This document shows, piece after piece, positions 1 through 9,123 of a stretch of 35,764 nucleotides of DNA (the first letter of the stretch is position 1; each line of letters starts with the position of its first letter). The translations under genes and the position numbers were made by a program. Source of the DNA: Campylobacterales bacterium (GTDB lineage: Bacteria; Campylobacterota; Campylobacteria; Campylobacterales; QNZT01); contig JALULO010000116.1 in NCBI GenBank assembly GCA_027056215.1, forward strand, positions 1-35,764. The letters are read 5' to 3'. The notes under the pieces were generated by a model. That model was not told the DNA's origin. It ran no database searches and worked only from the letters and a program-made list of their open reading frames with translations.

Positions 1-1
1 C

Positions 2-595
2 CATTTCGATATCAGCTTGGGATATGGCTACAGCAGAGTCGATGAGAACAGTTCTCAAGATGCACAGAGCCTTTCACTAGGATATTATTATGGTGATTTC
101 AGCGCACGAGTGTATACATCCAACTACGATCTCCAAAGTGGCGAAAGTGGCATTGATGATACGACACTCGCACTCTACTATCGTTGGTCTTCATCATCCT
201 ATACCTTAAAAACTGGAGTCGGTAGCTATATCCCCTCTGACTCTGATAACCAAAACCAAACTGACTACTTCCTCACCGCCAGAATAACTCGGTATTTGGG
301 ACTTTACGATATCAGTGCAGAATATCAACACACTTTCATGCGAGATGATAACACAACAGACAGCGAACTTCTAACACTCTCTTTAGGCTATATGCCCACT
401 CCAAAAACCTATATGTCATTTTCTTTTACCAACCAAACCTCTATTTATGAAGGAGAAGCATCACTGCAAAATATCACTTTTTCTGGAAGCTACTTTTTGA
501 ATAGTCACTGGTTTTTCTCTGGTGAAGTCGCCAAAGGATTGAGTAACAGTGCTACAGATTTTTCCTATGCGGTGAATGCAGGATACTATTTTTGA
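2..595 (+). CDS. Outer-membrane beta-barrel protein, C-terminal part (5' end outside window)
   Basis: The frame is open from base 2, and the listed TTG at 17 is probably internal. The sequence has an alternating polar/aromatic beta-strand pattern rich in Y/S/T/G/N. It ends in NAGYYF, the aromatic C-terminus typical of BAM-inserted barrels. Confidence 0.6.
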   Translation, partial: HFDISLGYGYSRVDENSSQDAQSLSLGYYYGDFSARVYTSNYDLQSGESGIDDTTLALYYRWSSSSYTLKTGVGSYIPSDSDNQNQTDYFLTARITRYLGLYDISAEYQHTFMRDDNTTDSELLTLSLGYMPTPKTYMSFSFTNQTSIYEGEASLQNITFSGSYFLNSHWFFSGEVAKGLSNSATDFSYAVNAGYYF

Positions 596-622
596 GTGCT
601 GACACCATACAAAAGCACTTTT
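595..622 (+). terminator. Possible intrinsic terminator after the barrel gene
   Basis: AGTGCT (595-600) pairs with AGCACT (614-619) around a 13-nt loop, followed by a short T run. The stem is short, so support is weak. Confidence 0.35.
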
Positions 623-701
623 CATGTTTAGACTTCTACTAATACTCAGGTAATACTTTTAGTTTAGAATTACACTCTAAATTTAAAATATGGAGAACAA
701 C

Positions 702-2015
702 ATGAACAATTACATCAGATTTGGAATCGTATCTTTGGCAGCATCGGCTGTTTTAGTAGGATGTGGTAGCACAAATACTACCACTAGTAGCACCGACAAC
801 ACCACACTGGAGACAGGGTATTTCATCGATGCAGCGGTAGAAGGATTGGCGTATGAGACAGCATCAGGTGTGAAAGGTACGACGGATGCGTATGGAAGAT
901 TTCACTATAGAGCAGGGGAGAAGGTAAGATTTTTACTCGGTAAACTTGATATAGGTGAAGCAACTCCCGATCAGGAAGGGTTGGTTACACCTCAGACGCT
1001 AGCAAAGGCAGATGATGCTCTGAAAGTGCGTTTACTCAGAGTCCTTCAGTCACTCGATAGTGATAATAATCCGGAGAACGGGATCACGATATCCAAAGAG
1101 ATACTTGATACTCTGGGTAATATCGGTAACGAGAGGGTTAAATTTTCAAACTTCAAAGATGATAACGAGTTGATGAAACTCAATGGCGATCTAGCGGAAA
1201 AACTCGATCATGATTATGATGGACATATCGATGTTGATGCACAGAAAGCAAAAGAGCATTTTGCAAATAGCATGAACAGATGGAAAGGCGGTCATAAACC
1301 TGATCAGGATTCAGAAGCATCCCATGGAAAAGGTAAAGGCAATTTTCAGGGGCAGGGCAATGGACAGGGAAATAGAAAAGGTAACGATAAAGGTCATGGA
1401 GCGGAGCACAAAAAGGGTTTTGATATGGATCTCTCGGCTTACCCTCTGGCAGAGTTGACAACCGATCAGAAGTATTCTCTGGCATATATGTGGAACGAAG
1501 AGAAACTGGCAAAAGATATCTATCTGGCGTTAAATGAACTCTATCCGACCAATCAGTTTTACAACATCGCCACCAGAAGCGAAACCCGACATGAAGAAAA
1601 AGTTGAAGAGTTGGTACAGCGATATGATATCAATATCACCAATCTACAAGACTATACCGTTAACTATTCCGAAGCAGAGCTGAGAGCACTACCGGCAGGA
1701 ACGTACGGTGTTGACAAGATTCAAGAGCTCTATGATACGCTTTATACCAAAGGTGAACAGTCAAAAACAGATGCATTGCAAGTAGCTTGTATGGTGGAAG
1801 TGACTGATATCGAAGATTTAGATCGATTTATCACAACAGCACAGGAAGTCAATGCAACAGATCTGGTAGCAGTTTTTGAAAGATTGAGAGAAGGTAGCTA
1901 CAATCACTACTGGGCATTTGACAAGGCACTCAAAACAGAAGGTGTCACCGACGGATGTGCTAGTGCTGGAGAAGCCTATGCTAAAACAACAGAAGAATAC
2001 CCTACGTCACACTAA
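702..2015 (+). CDS. Lipoprotein with C-terminal DUF2202/ferritin-like domain
   Basis: The ORF is open from 690, but GGAG at 692-695 sits 6 nt before the ATG at 702. Signal peptide plus lipobox: MNNYIRFGIVSLAASAVLVG-C-GS. There is a G/N/Q/K low-complexity linker (GKGKGNFQGQGNGQGNRKGNDKGHG). The C-terminal part (DQKYSLAYMWNEEKLAKDIYLAL...RHEEKV...VEVTDIEDLD...NHYWAF) looks like a DUF2202 four-helix ferritin-like fold. Confidence 0.7.
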   Translation: MNNYIRFGIVSLAASAVLVGCGSTNTTTSSTDNTTLETGYFIDAAVEGLAYETASGVKGTTDAYGRFHYRAGEKVRFLLGKLDIGEATPDQEGLVTPQTLAKADDALKVRLLRVLQSLDSDNNPENGITISKEILDTLGNIGNERVKFSNFKDDNELMKLNGDLAEKLDHDYDGHIDVDAQKAKEHFANSMNRWKGGHKPDQDSEASHGKGKGNFQGQGNGQGNRKGNDKGHGAEHKKGFDMDLSAYPLAELTTDQKYSLAYMWNEEKLAKDIYLALNELYPTNQFYNIATRSETRHEEKVEELVQRYDINITNLQDYTVNYSEAELRALPAGTYGVDKIQELYDTLYTKGEQSKTDALQVACMVEVTDIEDLDRFITTAQEVNATDLVAVFERLREGSYNHYWAFDKALKTEGVTDGCASAGEAYAKTTEEYPTSH

Positions 2016-2099
2016 CTAACATAATAGATCTCAAAAACTGTCCTATATAGATACAGGATGGTTTTTGATGATATTTTGTAAGTATGCTAATAACTCCTC

Positions 2100-5000
2100 T
2101 TACTCTTTTATCTTTCCTTCATACTTGCTTCTTAACCATTGGTCAAGTGGATTTATCATCCTGTAAATCACAGGTACAACAAGTAAGGTTAGCACCATCG
2201 AACTTAAAAGTCCACCGATGATCGCTATCGCCATGGGTGCTTTGGTTTCACTTCCCAAAGAGTCGCTTAGTGCTAGTGGTAACATAGCAAAAATCATCGC
2301 TATAGTTGTCATCAAAATCGGTCTCAGTCTTTTTTCTCCTGCTTCGATGAGTGCTGCATTGGCATCTTTGCCTTTTGCTACGGCTTCATTGGCAAAATCC
2401 ACCAGTAAAACGGCATTTTTACCAACCATTCCCATCAGCAACATAAAGCCTATCATGACAAAGAGACTAAAGTGTTGTCCTGTTAAAAAGAGGGCTATCA
2501 TAACCCCGATGATACTCAAAGGCAGTGCTACCATGATGATAACAGGTTGTATGAGTGATTCGTATAAAATCGCTAAGATGATAAACATCAAGATCACAGA
2601 AAGCCCCAGTGCTGCACCGAAAGCTTTGTTTGTCTTGACCATCTCATCGGCAAAGCCTGTAAACTTATAGCTAACACCTTTTGGTAAAAGTGTATCGATA
2701 CCCGCTTTTGTATACGTAACTGCACCGCCAAGATCGAGTCCAAACAGATCAGAATAAACCGTCACTTGTCGTTGTCTGTTAAAGTGATAAATAGAGGCTA
2801 AAGATTTTGTTTCTTTAAAGTTTACCAATCCATCTAAATAAACTAAATCTCCATTTGCTCCCCGAAGTTGAATCTTTTTTATATCTTCTATACTTTTTCT
2901 ATCTGCATCATCAAAACGCAAAGTAATATTATATTGTTTTCCATTTTCTTCGAAATGGGATATCTCTAAATCACTTGAAAAAGCTATCGCAATGGCTTGT
3001 GCAATTTGTGTAGCAGATATACCGACTCTGTTGGCATTGGTACGATTGATATTGATATCGATTTGTGGTTTACCTTCATCCATATTACTATCAATATCAA
3101 CAAATCCCTTTTTCTTTGCTAGATATGTCATTAACCTTTTTTTTGCAATTTTTAAGTCTTTAAATGAATCAGACTTTAATACGATTTGATAAGGGACTGA
3201 GACACCGGCACCTTTGATATTTGGAATGGCAGCAGCAGTGATGAACATATCTTTTTGATAAGGTTTAAGTTTTTGGCGGAAGTCTTGGATGATATGTTCT
3301 TGATTGATACTTCTTTTATCTTTAGGTGTTAATTTTACATAGATAAGGGCTTTATTCTTTTCTTTCACAGAATTATATCCCACACTTAAAGTTGTAAACA
3401 TGACATTTTTATTTTTTTTGACAAGATCTTCTATGACCTTTGATTCTTTAATCATCTCTTCAAGTGATATACCGGCATGCGCTCTTAGTTTGATGTTAAA
3501 CTCTGCTTTGTCCTCTTTCGGGAGAAAATCCATGCCGATTTTGGGAAAGAGGCTGAGACTTCCTACAAATATAGCCACTATCACTATCAGTGTAAGGACT
3601 TTAAACTTCAAAACTATCTTCAACGTGACTTCATATATCTTTTCAAGAAGTTTGAAAAATACTTCAGTGATATTGTAAAACCAACTCTCACCCTTTTTGA
3701 GTACTCTAGCACTCATGCTGGGCATAAAAGTCATCGCAACCGTATAAGAGATGATGATGGCAAATCCAACGGTCATAGCAAATGATTCAAAAAACTTTCC
3801 AACGATTCCACTCATGTTTGCCACGGGGATAAAGACAGCAAGAAGCATCGCTGAAATCGCTAAAATCGCAAATGCCATCTCTTTGACACCTTCTACTGCT
3901 GCTTCAAACTTACCCATACCCGCTTCCATCTTTTTATAGATGTTTTCAAGCACAACGATAGCATCATCGATGATGATACCGATAGAGAGTGTCAGACCGA
4001 TAAGCGTCATCTTATTGAGATCAAATCCCATAAAATTCATCAGGGCAATCGTTCCCAAGATAGAGATAGGGATAGCAAGTGCTGAAACCATGGTGATCGT
4101 AAAGTTACGTAAAAATCCAAAGATGATGATAACAGCTAAAAATGCACCATAGATGAGATCAAACTCTACATCTTTAAGAGAGTGTGTGATAAAAGGACCG
4201 GTATCTTGTAGTGTTTGGACACCATATCGCTCTCCTGCTAAACGCTGAAGCTGGGGGATAGACTTTTTGACACGCTTGATGATGTCGAGTGTATTGGTTC
4301 CTGAAATTTTTTGCACTTCAAGCATCACACCTTCTACCCCGTTAAAAGATGCGTAACTGTCTGCGTCACTGAGGGTATCTTTGACTTTGGCTATATCTTT
4401 GAGTTTGATATTGTCTGTGATCATAATGTTTTTGAGATCTTCAACACTGCGTGCATCTGCTTTTGTTTTGAGGATATATTCATTTTTATTGGTGATGAGT
4501 TTTCCGCCGCCGATTTTGACATTTTCACTGCTTACGATGCTATTGAGTTCTCTTATGGTGATGCCATATTTGTTTAAAAGATTGATATCAGGATAGATTT
4601 TGATCTCTCTGTCTTTGTAACCGATGATATTGATTGCACCGACGCCATTGATCTTTTGCAAAGCAGGTTTTACTTTTTCATCCGCAAATATCATGAGGTT
4701 TTTTAAAGAGTCCTTTTTGGCTGTGAGAAAAACATTGATAACTGAAGCACCACCGATATCGAGTTTGCTCACCAACGGTGTTTTGGCATCGTCTGGTAAG
4801 AGTACAGCAGATACTTTATCGCGTACATCATTGGTCGCTTCATTGATATCTCGTTCAAGAAAAAACTTGACCATCACTACACTTGCACCTTCACTACTGG
4901 TTGAGATGATATTGTCTACACCACCGATGCGTGAAATCGCTTCTTCTATCTTATCAGTTACCTGTGATTCCATGGTACTTGCTTCTGCACCTGGGTAGAT

Positions 5001-5141
5001 AGTTTTGATAGTGACTATGGGAAAGTCGATATTTGGATAGAGTGCTGAGGGCATAGACTTGAAACTTATAAAACCAAATATCACCAATGTCAATACATAC
5101 ATCAGTGTTGTGATGGGTCTGTTTATGGCTAACTTATACAT
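2100..5141 (-). CDS. RND efflux transporter permease (AcrB/HAE1 family; CmeF/HefF-like)
   Basis: 1013 aa. The N-terminus MYKLAINRPITTLMYVLTLVIFG...YPNIDFPIVTIKTIYPGA is typical of the family. There are two large periplasmic loops and about 12 TM segments. It is the last gene of a 4-gene operon with tight or overlapping junctions. Confidence 0.95.
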   Translation of the reverse strand: MYKLAINRPITTLMYVLTLVIFGFISFKSMPSALYPNIDFPIVTIKTIYPGAEASTMESQVTDKIEEAISRIGGVDNIISTSSEGASVVMVKFFLERDINEATNDVRDKVSAVLLPDDAKTPLVSKLDIGGASVINVFLTAKKDSLKNLMIFADEKVKPALQKINGVGAINIIGYKDREIKIYPDINLLNKYGITIRELNSIVSSENVKIGGGKLITNKNEYILKTKADARSVEDLKNIMITDNIKLKDIAKVKDTLSDADSYASFNGVEGVMLEVQKISGTNTLDIIKRVKKSIPQLQRLAGERYGVQTLQDTGPFITHSLKDVEFDLIYGAFLAVIIIFGFLRNFTITMVSALAIPISILGTIALMNFMGFDLNKMTLIGLTLSIGIIIDDAIVVLENIYKKMEAGMGKFEAAVEGVKEMAFAILAISAMLLAVFIPVANMSGIVGKFFESFAMTVGFAIIISYTVAMTFMPSMSARVLKKGESWFYNITEVFFKLLEKIYEVTLKIVLKFKVLTLIVIVAIFVGSLSLFPKIGMDFLPKEDKAEFNIKLRAHAGISLEEMIKESKVIEDLVKKNKNVMFTTLSVGYNSVKEKNKALIYVKLTPKDKRSINQEHIIQDFRQKLKPYQKDMFITAAAIPNIKGAGVSVPYQIVLKSDSFKDLKIAKKRLMTYLAKKKGFVDIDSNMDEGKPQIDININRTNANRVGISATQIAQAIAIAFSSDLEISHFEENGKQYNITLRFDDADRKSIEDIKKIQLRGANGDLVYLDGLVNFKETKSLASIYHFNRQRQVTVYSDLFGLDLGGAVTYTKAGIDTLLPKGVSYKFTGFADEMVKTNKAFGAALGLSVILMFIILAILYESLIQPVIIMVALPLSIIGVMIALFLTGQHFSLFVMIGFMLLMGMVGKNAVLLVDFANEAVAKGKDANAALIEAGEKRLRPILMTTIAMIFAMLPLALSDSLGSETKAPMAIAIIGGLLSSMVLTLLVVPVIYRMINPLDQWLRSKYEGKIKE

Positions 5142-5148
5142 ACTTTAC

Positions 5149-5868
5149 CTACTTTTTTGTATCTGTTATGATTGTACCATCACCAAAAAGTCCAACTTTT
5201 AAATCTTTGGCTTTGACTTCTGCTTTGATCTTTCGTCTTTGGGTATCAATCGCCGGATATATTTTGGTGATTTCTCCCTCATATACTTTGTCACTGCCAT
5301 CTACTTTGTATGTAAATTTATCGCCTTTTTTGACATCAGCCCAATATTTTTGGTCGTACTCTAAAACCAATTTCCTTTTATGTAAACTTTGGATTTTAAA
5401 TGCTGTTCGTATCATCGCTCCACTGACCGCATCACCAACTTCAATGGCTTTATCAAAAATAACTCCTTCAAAAGGTGCTTTCAAAATGGTTTTATCTAAA
5501 ATGGCTTTTTGGTAGGAAACTTGTGCTTTTGTTGTAGCATAGATAGCCGCATATTTATCTAATTCCGCTGGATCAATGATAGATTTTACTTTTATTCTTC
5601 TATTATAATTTTTTTTAGCATATTTGAGTTTTGTTTGTGTTATCGCTAATGCAGCTTTAAGATCAACATTTTGTAATTTTGCTAAAGTTGTACCTCGTTT
5701 AACAATAGATCCAATATCGACCGAAATTTTATCTACTATGCCACTAGCCGAAAAAGCTAAATTTGCACTTCTTTCTGAGTGCACTGTAAAAGTTGCATAA
5801 ATGTCATTTGCATAAACACTTAAAGTAATCGTGTTTATGAGGGTCAGTATAATGAGTAATTTTTTCAT
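5149..5868 (-). CDS. Efflux RND periplasmic adaptor (membrane fusion protein), short form
   Basis: Signal peptide followed by an HlyD/barrel-sandwich-like sequence. Its ATG overlaps the upstream TolC stop (ATGA at 5865-5868). It ends 7 nt before the RND gene. Its 239 aa resembles the short CmeE/HefE adaptors, a comparison made from memory. Confidence 0.85.
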   Translation of the reverse strand: MKKLLIILTLINTITLSVYANDIYATFTVHSERSANLAFSASGIVDKISVDIGSIVKRGTTLAKLQNVDLKAALAITQTKLKYAKKNYNRRIKVKSIIDPAELDKYAAIYATTKAQVSYQKAILDKTILKAPFEGVIFDKAIEVGDAVSGAMIRTAFKIQSLHKRKLVLEYDQKYWADVKKGDKFTYKVDGSDKVYEGEITKIYPAIDTQRRKIKAEVKAKDLKVGLFGDGTIITDTKK

Positions 5869-7103
5869 TTGATATAATCCTTAAGATTTTTATTGGCTGC
5901 GAAGTAAAAATTTGCTTTTGCAATTTCATAATCATTTTGTGCTTTTTTAAAACGTGCTTGTGAAGCTGTTTTTTGACTCAATGCATCTAGATATGTGATT
6001 TGATCCACTATACCTGCATTAAATTTGGCTTTGATACTTTTATAAACACTTTGAGCAGCTTTTAATGCACTTTGCGCACTGTGGATATTGAGTTTGGCAG
6101 TTTTAAGTGCATCTATTGAGAGTTCATATCGTATCTTTTCTTGTGTCTTTTGAAAATCTATCTTCTCTTGCATCGCTTGTCTTTGGATTTGTAAAGCTTC
6201 TTTTTGTTTTTTGATAGAACCATTGTCAAAGAGTCTCAAATTGGCAACAATTGCCAATTTGTTTTGTTTGTCAACTTGGTTGATTCCCAGTTTTTGGAGT
6301 CCATCATCTCTACTATAATCGTAATATCCATAGGTATCTTCTAATCGGATATTTGGATAGTAAATTGAACTTAAAGCTTTAGCGCTATGTGTGATTTCTT
6401 TAGCGTGTTCTTGCAGTGATTTTATCGCTTCACTGGGTGTATAAGTTAAATGTTTCGGATTTAAGAAAGTTGATTCATCTAGTGAGTTGATCAAGATACC
6501 ACTTTTAAGAGAGAGATAGCGTTTTAAAGTTTTGATAGTAAGTTTCAAAGATTCTACCGCATAGTTATTTGTTTCATAGGCAGATTGCAATTTATCAACA
6601 TAATCTTGTGCTGCTAATCCTGCCAATTTGAATTTCTTAACTTTTTTAATATCTGCTTGAAGTTGACGAGCCTTTTCTTGTAGTGCTTTACGTTGAGATT
6701 CAGCACTTTTAATATTGTAAAAATCTTTTACGATATCTAAAGAAAGAGATTTTTTGAGATAGATCAAATCATATTGACTCGCAGTATATGCATTTTCTTT
6801 TTGTTTTACCTGTGCACTTTTTCTAAACCCATCAAAAAGATCAACACCTGCTTTGGCAAATAGATTGAGCGTATTTCCTGGTTGAAAAGCAGAAACTTTG
6901 TCAAAGGTTACATACGCACCACCCACATCCAGAGTAGGGTAGTAAGCACTTTTTTGTGACTCTAAGGCTTTGTGTTTTGATGCTACTTGTAAAGCAGAAG
7001 CTTTTAAAAGTTGGTTGTGCTTTTGGGCTGATGCTATCAAAGAGCTCAAATCCTGAGCATAGATAAGAGTGGGAAACATCAATAACCATAATCTCTTTTT
7101 CAT
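5865..7103 (-). CDS. TolC-family outer-membrane efflux protein
   Basis: 412 aa with a signal peptide and two repeated coiled-coil/barrel halves rich in A/Q/K/L. It shows the typical ...DL..L...A...N..L. start. It overlaps the tetR stop by 4 nt (ATGA at 7100-7103). Confidence 0.85.
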   Translation of the reverse strand: MKKRLWLLMFPTLIYAQDLSSLIASAQKHNQLLKASALQVASKHKALESQKSAYYPTLDVGGAYVTFDKVSAFQPGNTLNLFAKAGVDLFDGFRKSAQVKQKENAYTASQYDLIYLKKSLSLDIVKDFYNIKSAESQRKALQEKARQLQADIKKVKKFKLAGLAAQDYVDKLQSAYETNNYAVESLKLTIKTLKRYLSLKSGILINSLDESTFLNPKHLTYTPSEAIKSLQEHAKEITHSAKALSSIYYPNIRLEDTYGYYDYSRDDGLQKLGINQVDKQNKLAIVANLRLFDNGSIKKQKEALQIQRQAMQEKIDFQKTQEKIRYELSIDALKTAKLNIHSAQSALKAAQSVYKSIKAKFNAGIVDQITYLDALSQKTASQARFKKAQNDYEIAKANFYFAANKNLKDYIK

Positions 7104-7696
7104 TTTTTCTCCTCTATAAGTGTAAACAGTGTGTCTATATATAAGTCTAATTCTTTTTGCATATCCGAGATGGCTCTGGTTGCCATGCTGGCGATGAAAA
7201 GCCCCTCTGCCGTAGCAAACAACCCTTTTGCAAAGTGCAACGATTCAGAAATAATTTCTCCTTTGTCGATACCCTCTTGCAAAATCTGTTCAAACCACTG
7301 ATAATAACTCTCAAAACATTCTGTCTGAAAATCGATCATCTTTTCATTTGGGCTCACAAGTGAGATAGAGACAAACTCCTTATACAAGGTACGAAGTTCA
7401 GCATCTTGTTCCTCATAAAAAAAACCAAAAAAGAGTTTGATCTTCTCTTTCGTTGATGTAGCCGTTGAAAGTCTTTTCTTTTTGATTTCATTGTGTTCAT
7501 GCATGAGGATATTGACTATCTCAAAAACGATATCCTCTTTGTTCTCAAAGTAGTCATAAATCGTTCCCTTTCCAACACCCGCAGTCTTTGCTACCTTAGA
7601 AATAGTCAAATCCTTGATACCATGTTCTATAAACAAAGCCGTACAAGAAAGTGCAATATCTTTTCTTTTCTGTACTTTATCTACAATAATTGCCAT
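7100..7696 (-). CDS. TetR/AcrR-family transcriptional repressor
   Basis: N-terminal HTH: TISKVAKTAGVGKGTIYDYFENKEDI. 198 aa. First gene of the efflux operon. Confidence 0.9.
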   Translation of the reverse strand: MAIIVDKVQKRKDIALSCTALFIEHGIKDLTISKVAKTAGVGKGTIYDYFENKEDIVFEIVNILMHEHNEIKKKRLSTATSTKEKIKLFFGFFYEEQDAELRTLYKEFVSISLVSPNEKMIDFQTECFESYYQWFEQILQEGIDKGEIISESLHFAKGLFATAEGLFIASMATRAISDMQKELDLYIDTLFTLIEEKK

Positions 7697-7721
7697 TTAT
7701 AACCTTTATAAGTTTTATGAC

Positions 7722-7734
7722 TGACCGTCGGTCA
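7722..7734. promoter_or_regulatory. Candidate TetR operator (TGACCG-T-CGGTCA)
   Basis: A perfect 6+6 inverted repeat that is GC-rich in an otherwise very AT-rich intergenic region. It lies 26 nt upstream of the tetR ATG. Confidence 0.5.
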
Positions 7735-7810
7735 TTTATGTGAAATTGTAGGATATATCGACTTAAAGTGATCTAAAAACTTAAGAATAGAAACAAAAAT
7801 ATTTATTTTT

Positions 7811-7819
7811 TGCTATAAT
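7811..7819 (+). promoter_or_regulatory. Extended -10 (TGcTATAAT) for the NosD-like gene
   Basis: tgctataat lies about 48 nt upstream of the ATG at 7867. Confidence 0.35.
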
Positions 7820-7866
7820 TTTAAAAGATAATAGCGTCATGCAACCACTAACCATCGGAGTATTGG

Positions 7867-9090
7867 ATGAAGATTATTTTTATAGTACTATTTTTACCTA
7901 TCATGCTTTTTGCTAGTGACTTGCAAAAAGCTATTGATGAGGCTAAACCATATGCTGTGATAGAGCTTAGTAGTGGCGTTTTCAAAGGACATTTTATCGT
8001 CGACAAACCTCTGAAAATCATCGGGGCAAGAGGATCAAATGTGATCTTTGATGCAGGTAATATTGGAAGTGCTGTAGTCCTTAAAAGTTCACATATCACG
8101 CTTGAAAACATTACCATCAGAAATACCGGTCATCGCAAAGAGATTTCCGATAGTGCTATCAAAGGCGAGAATATAGATGATATTACTATTAAAAAATGTC
8201 ATATATATAATGCTTTGTATGGTATCAATCTTTCGATGGTAAATGGTTGTCACATTATTGCAAATACCATTTCTTCAGTAAAAGAAAAAATACCGCTTAG
8301 AGGTGATGGTCTAAAGTTTTGGTATGTAAACGATTCTCATATTGTGGGCAACACTTTTGTCAAAGTAAGAGATATACACCTTGCTAGATCGAACCACAAT
8401 ATCATCAAAAAGAATCGCTTTTTAGATAGTAGATTTGCCACCTATATTGAATTTGGTAAAGAAAATATCGTAACGCAAAATATTTATCGTTACAATGAGA
8501 CAGGTGTGCTACTTGAAGGAAGTCAAAATATTAAAATCATACACAATCAAATATTTAGTTCCAAGGGTGTTGTCGGAATCGGTATTGTATTGCGGGGAGG
8601 AGGGGATATAGTTGTGAAAAACAATACAATAAAATACAATGCTAAAGGACTATATGTTGATGCAAAACCTTCTAGAGAGATTAAAACCAAACGGGTTATC
8701 ACCGAAAATGAGATAAGTTTCAATCTTGAAGCGATCCATTTTCATGCTATTATTAGCAACAATGTTTTGACATTTAACAAAATACATCACAATATGGAAG
8801 ATATTGTTAAGGATATAACGGGTAATAAAAACCTTAATAATAAAGTAGCATATAACTACTGGGGTCAGTACCGGGGATTTGATAGAAATCATGACAATAT
8901 TGGGGACACACCTTATGTCATCAAGCGCTATTTTGATAAATTGTATACGTATGATAACAAGATAAGATTTTTTTATGGTAGTGTTGTGATGGCTTTGGTA
9001 GATTTTATGTGTGAAATAGCACCGTTTACAAAACCAGAATTTATTCTTGAAGATAAAAAACCAAATTTTTTAGATTTGAGTGATCGATAA
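7867..9090 (+). CDS. NosD-like periplasmic right-handed parallel beta-helix protein
   Basis: Signal peptide MKIIFIVLFLPIMLFASD. Many repeats of about 22 aa of the form N..I..N.I (PbH1/CASH-like). The C-terminal DRNHDNIGDTPYVI motif and a hydrophobic tail match those seen in NosD-family proteins. Confidence 0.7.
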   Translation: MKIIFIVLFLPIMLFASDLQKAIDEAKPYAVIELSSGVFKGHFIVDKPLKIIGARGSNVIFDAGNIGSAVVLKSSHITLENITIRNTGHRKEISDSAIKGENIDDITIKKCHIYNALYGINLSMVNGCHIIANTISSVKEKIPLRGDGLKFWYVNDSHIVGNTFVKVRDIHLARSNHNIIKKNRFLDSRFATYIEFGKENIVTQNIYRYNETGVLLEGSQNIKIIHNQIFSSKGVVGIGIVLRGGGDIVVKNNTIKYNAKGLYVDAKPSREIKTKRVITENEISFNLEAIHFHAIISNNVLTFNKIHHNMEDIVKDITGNKNLNNKVAYNYWGQYRGFDRNHDNIGDTPYVIKRYFDKLYTYDNKIRFFYGSVVMALVDFMCEIAPFTKPEFILEDKKPNFLDLSDR

Positions 9091-9110
9091 ACATCGAATT
9101 AACCGATCAC
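9080..9110. terminator. Inverted repeat between convergent genes (possible bidirectional terminator)
   Basis: GTGATCG (9080-9086) pairs with CGATCAC (9104-9110) around a 17-nt loop. No clear T tract follows on either strand. Confidence 0.3.
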
Positions 9111-9123
9111 TCATGGTAAAGTG

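Noticed and set aside
619-631. 13-mer ttttcatgtttag shared with 14994-15006.
   Set aside because: Exact 13-mers are expected by chance several times in 36 kb of AT-rich sequence, and the flanks do not match.
2006-2021. CTAACTAACA, identical to part of site F, at the stop codon of the lipoprotein gene.
   Set aside because: Only the right half-site is present. The left half is GTCAC rather than TGTTA. No downstream gene or -10 element occurs at the right spacing, and it lies between convergent genes.
2218-4998. Series of 60-150-aa plus-strand ORFs inside the RND gene, with similar ones opposite the MFP, TolC, TetR, NosD-like, YfdX, MscK, Nramp, ClC and NhaP genes.
   Set aside because: These are antisense shadow ORFs inside long, well-supported genes. 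Their products are low-complexity and lack RBS context or family resemblance.
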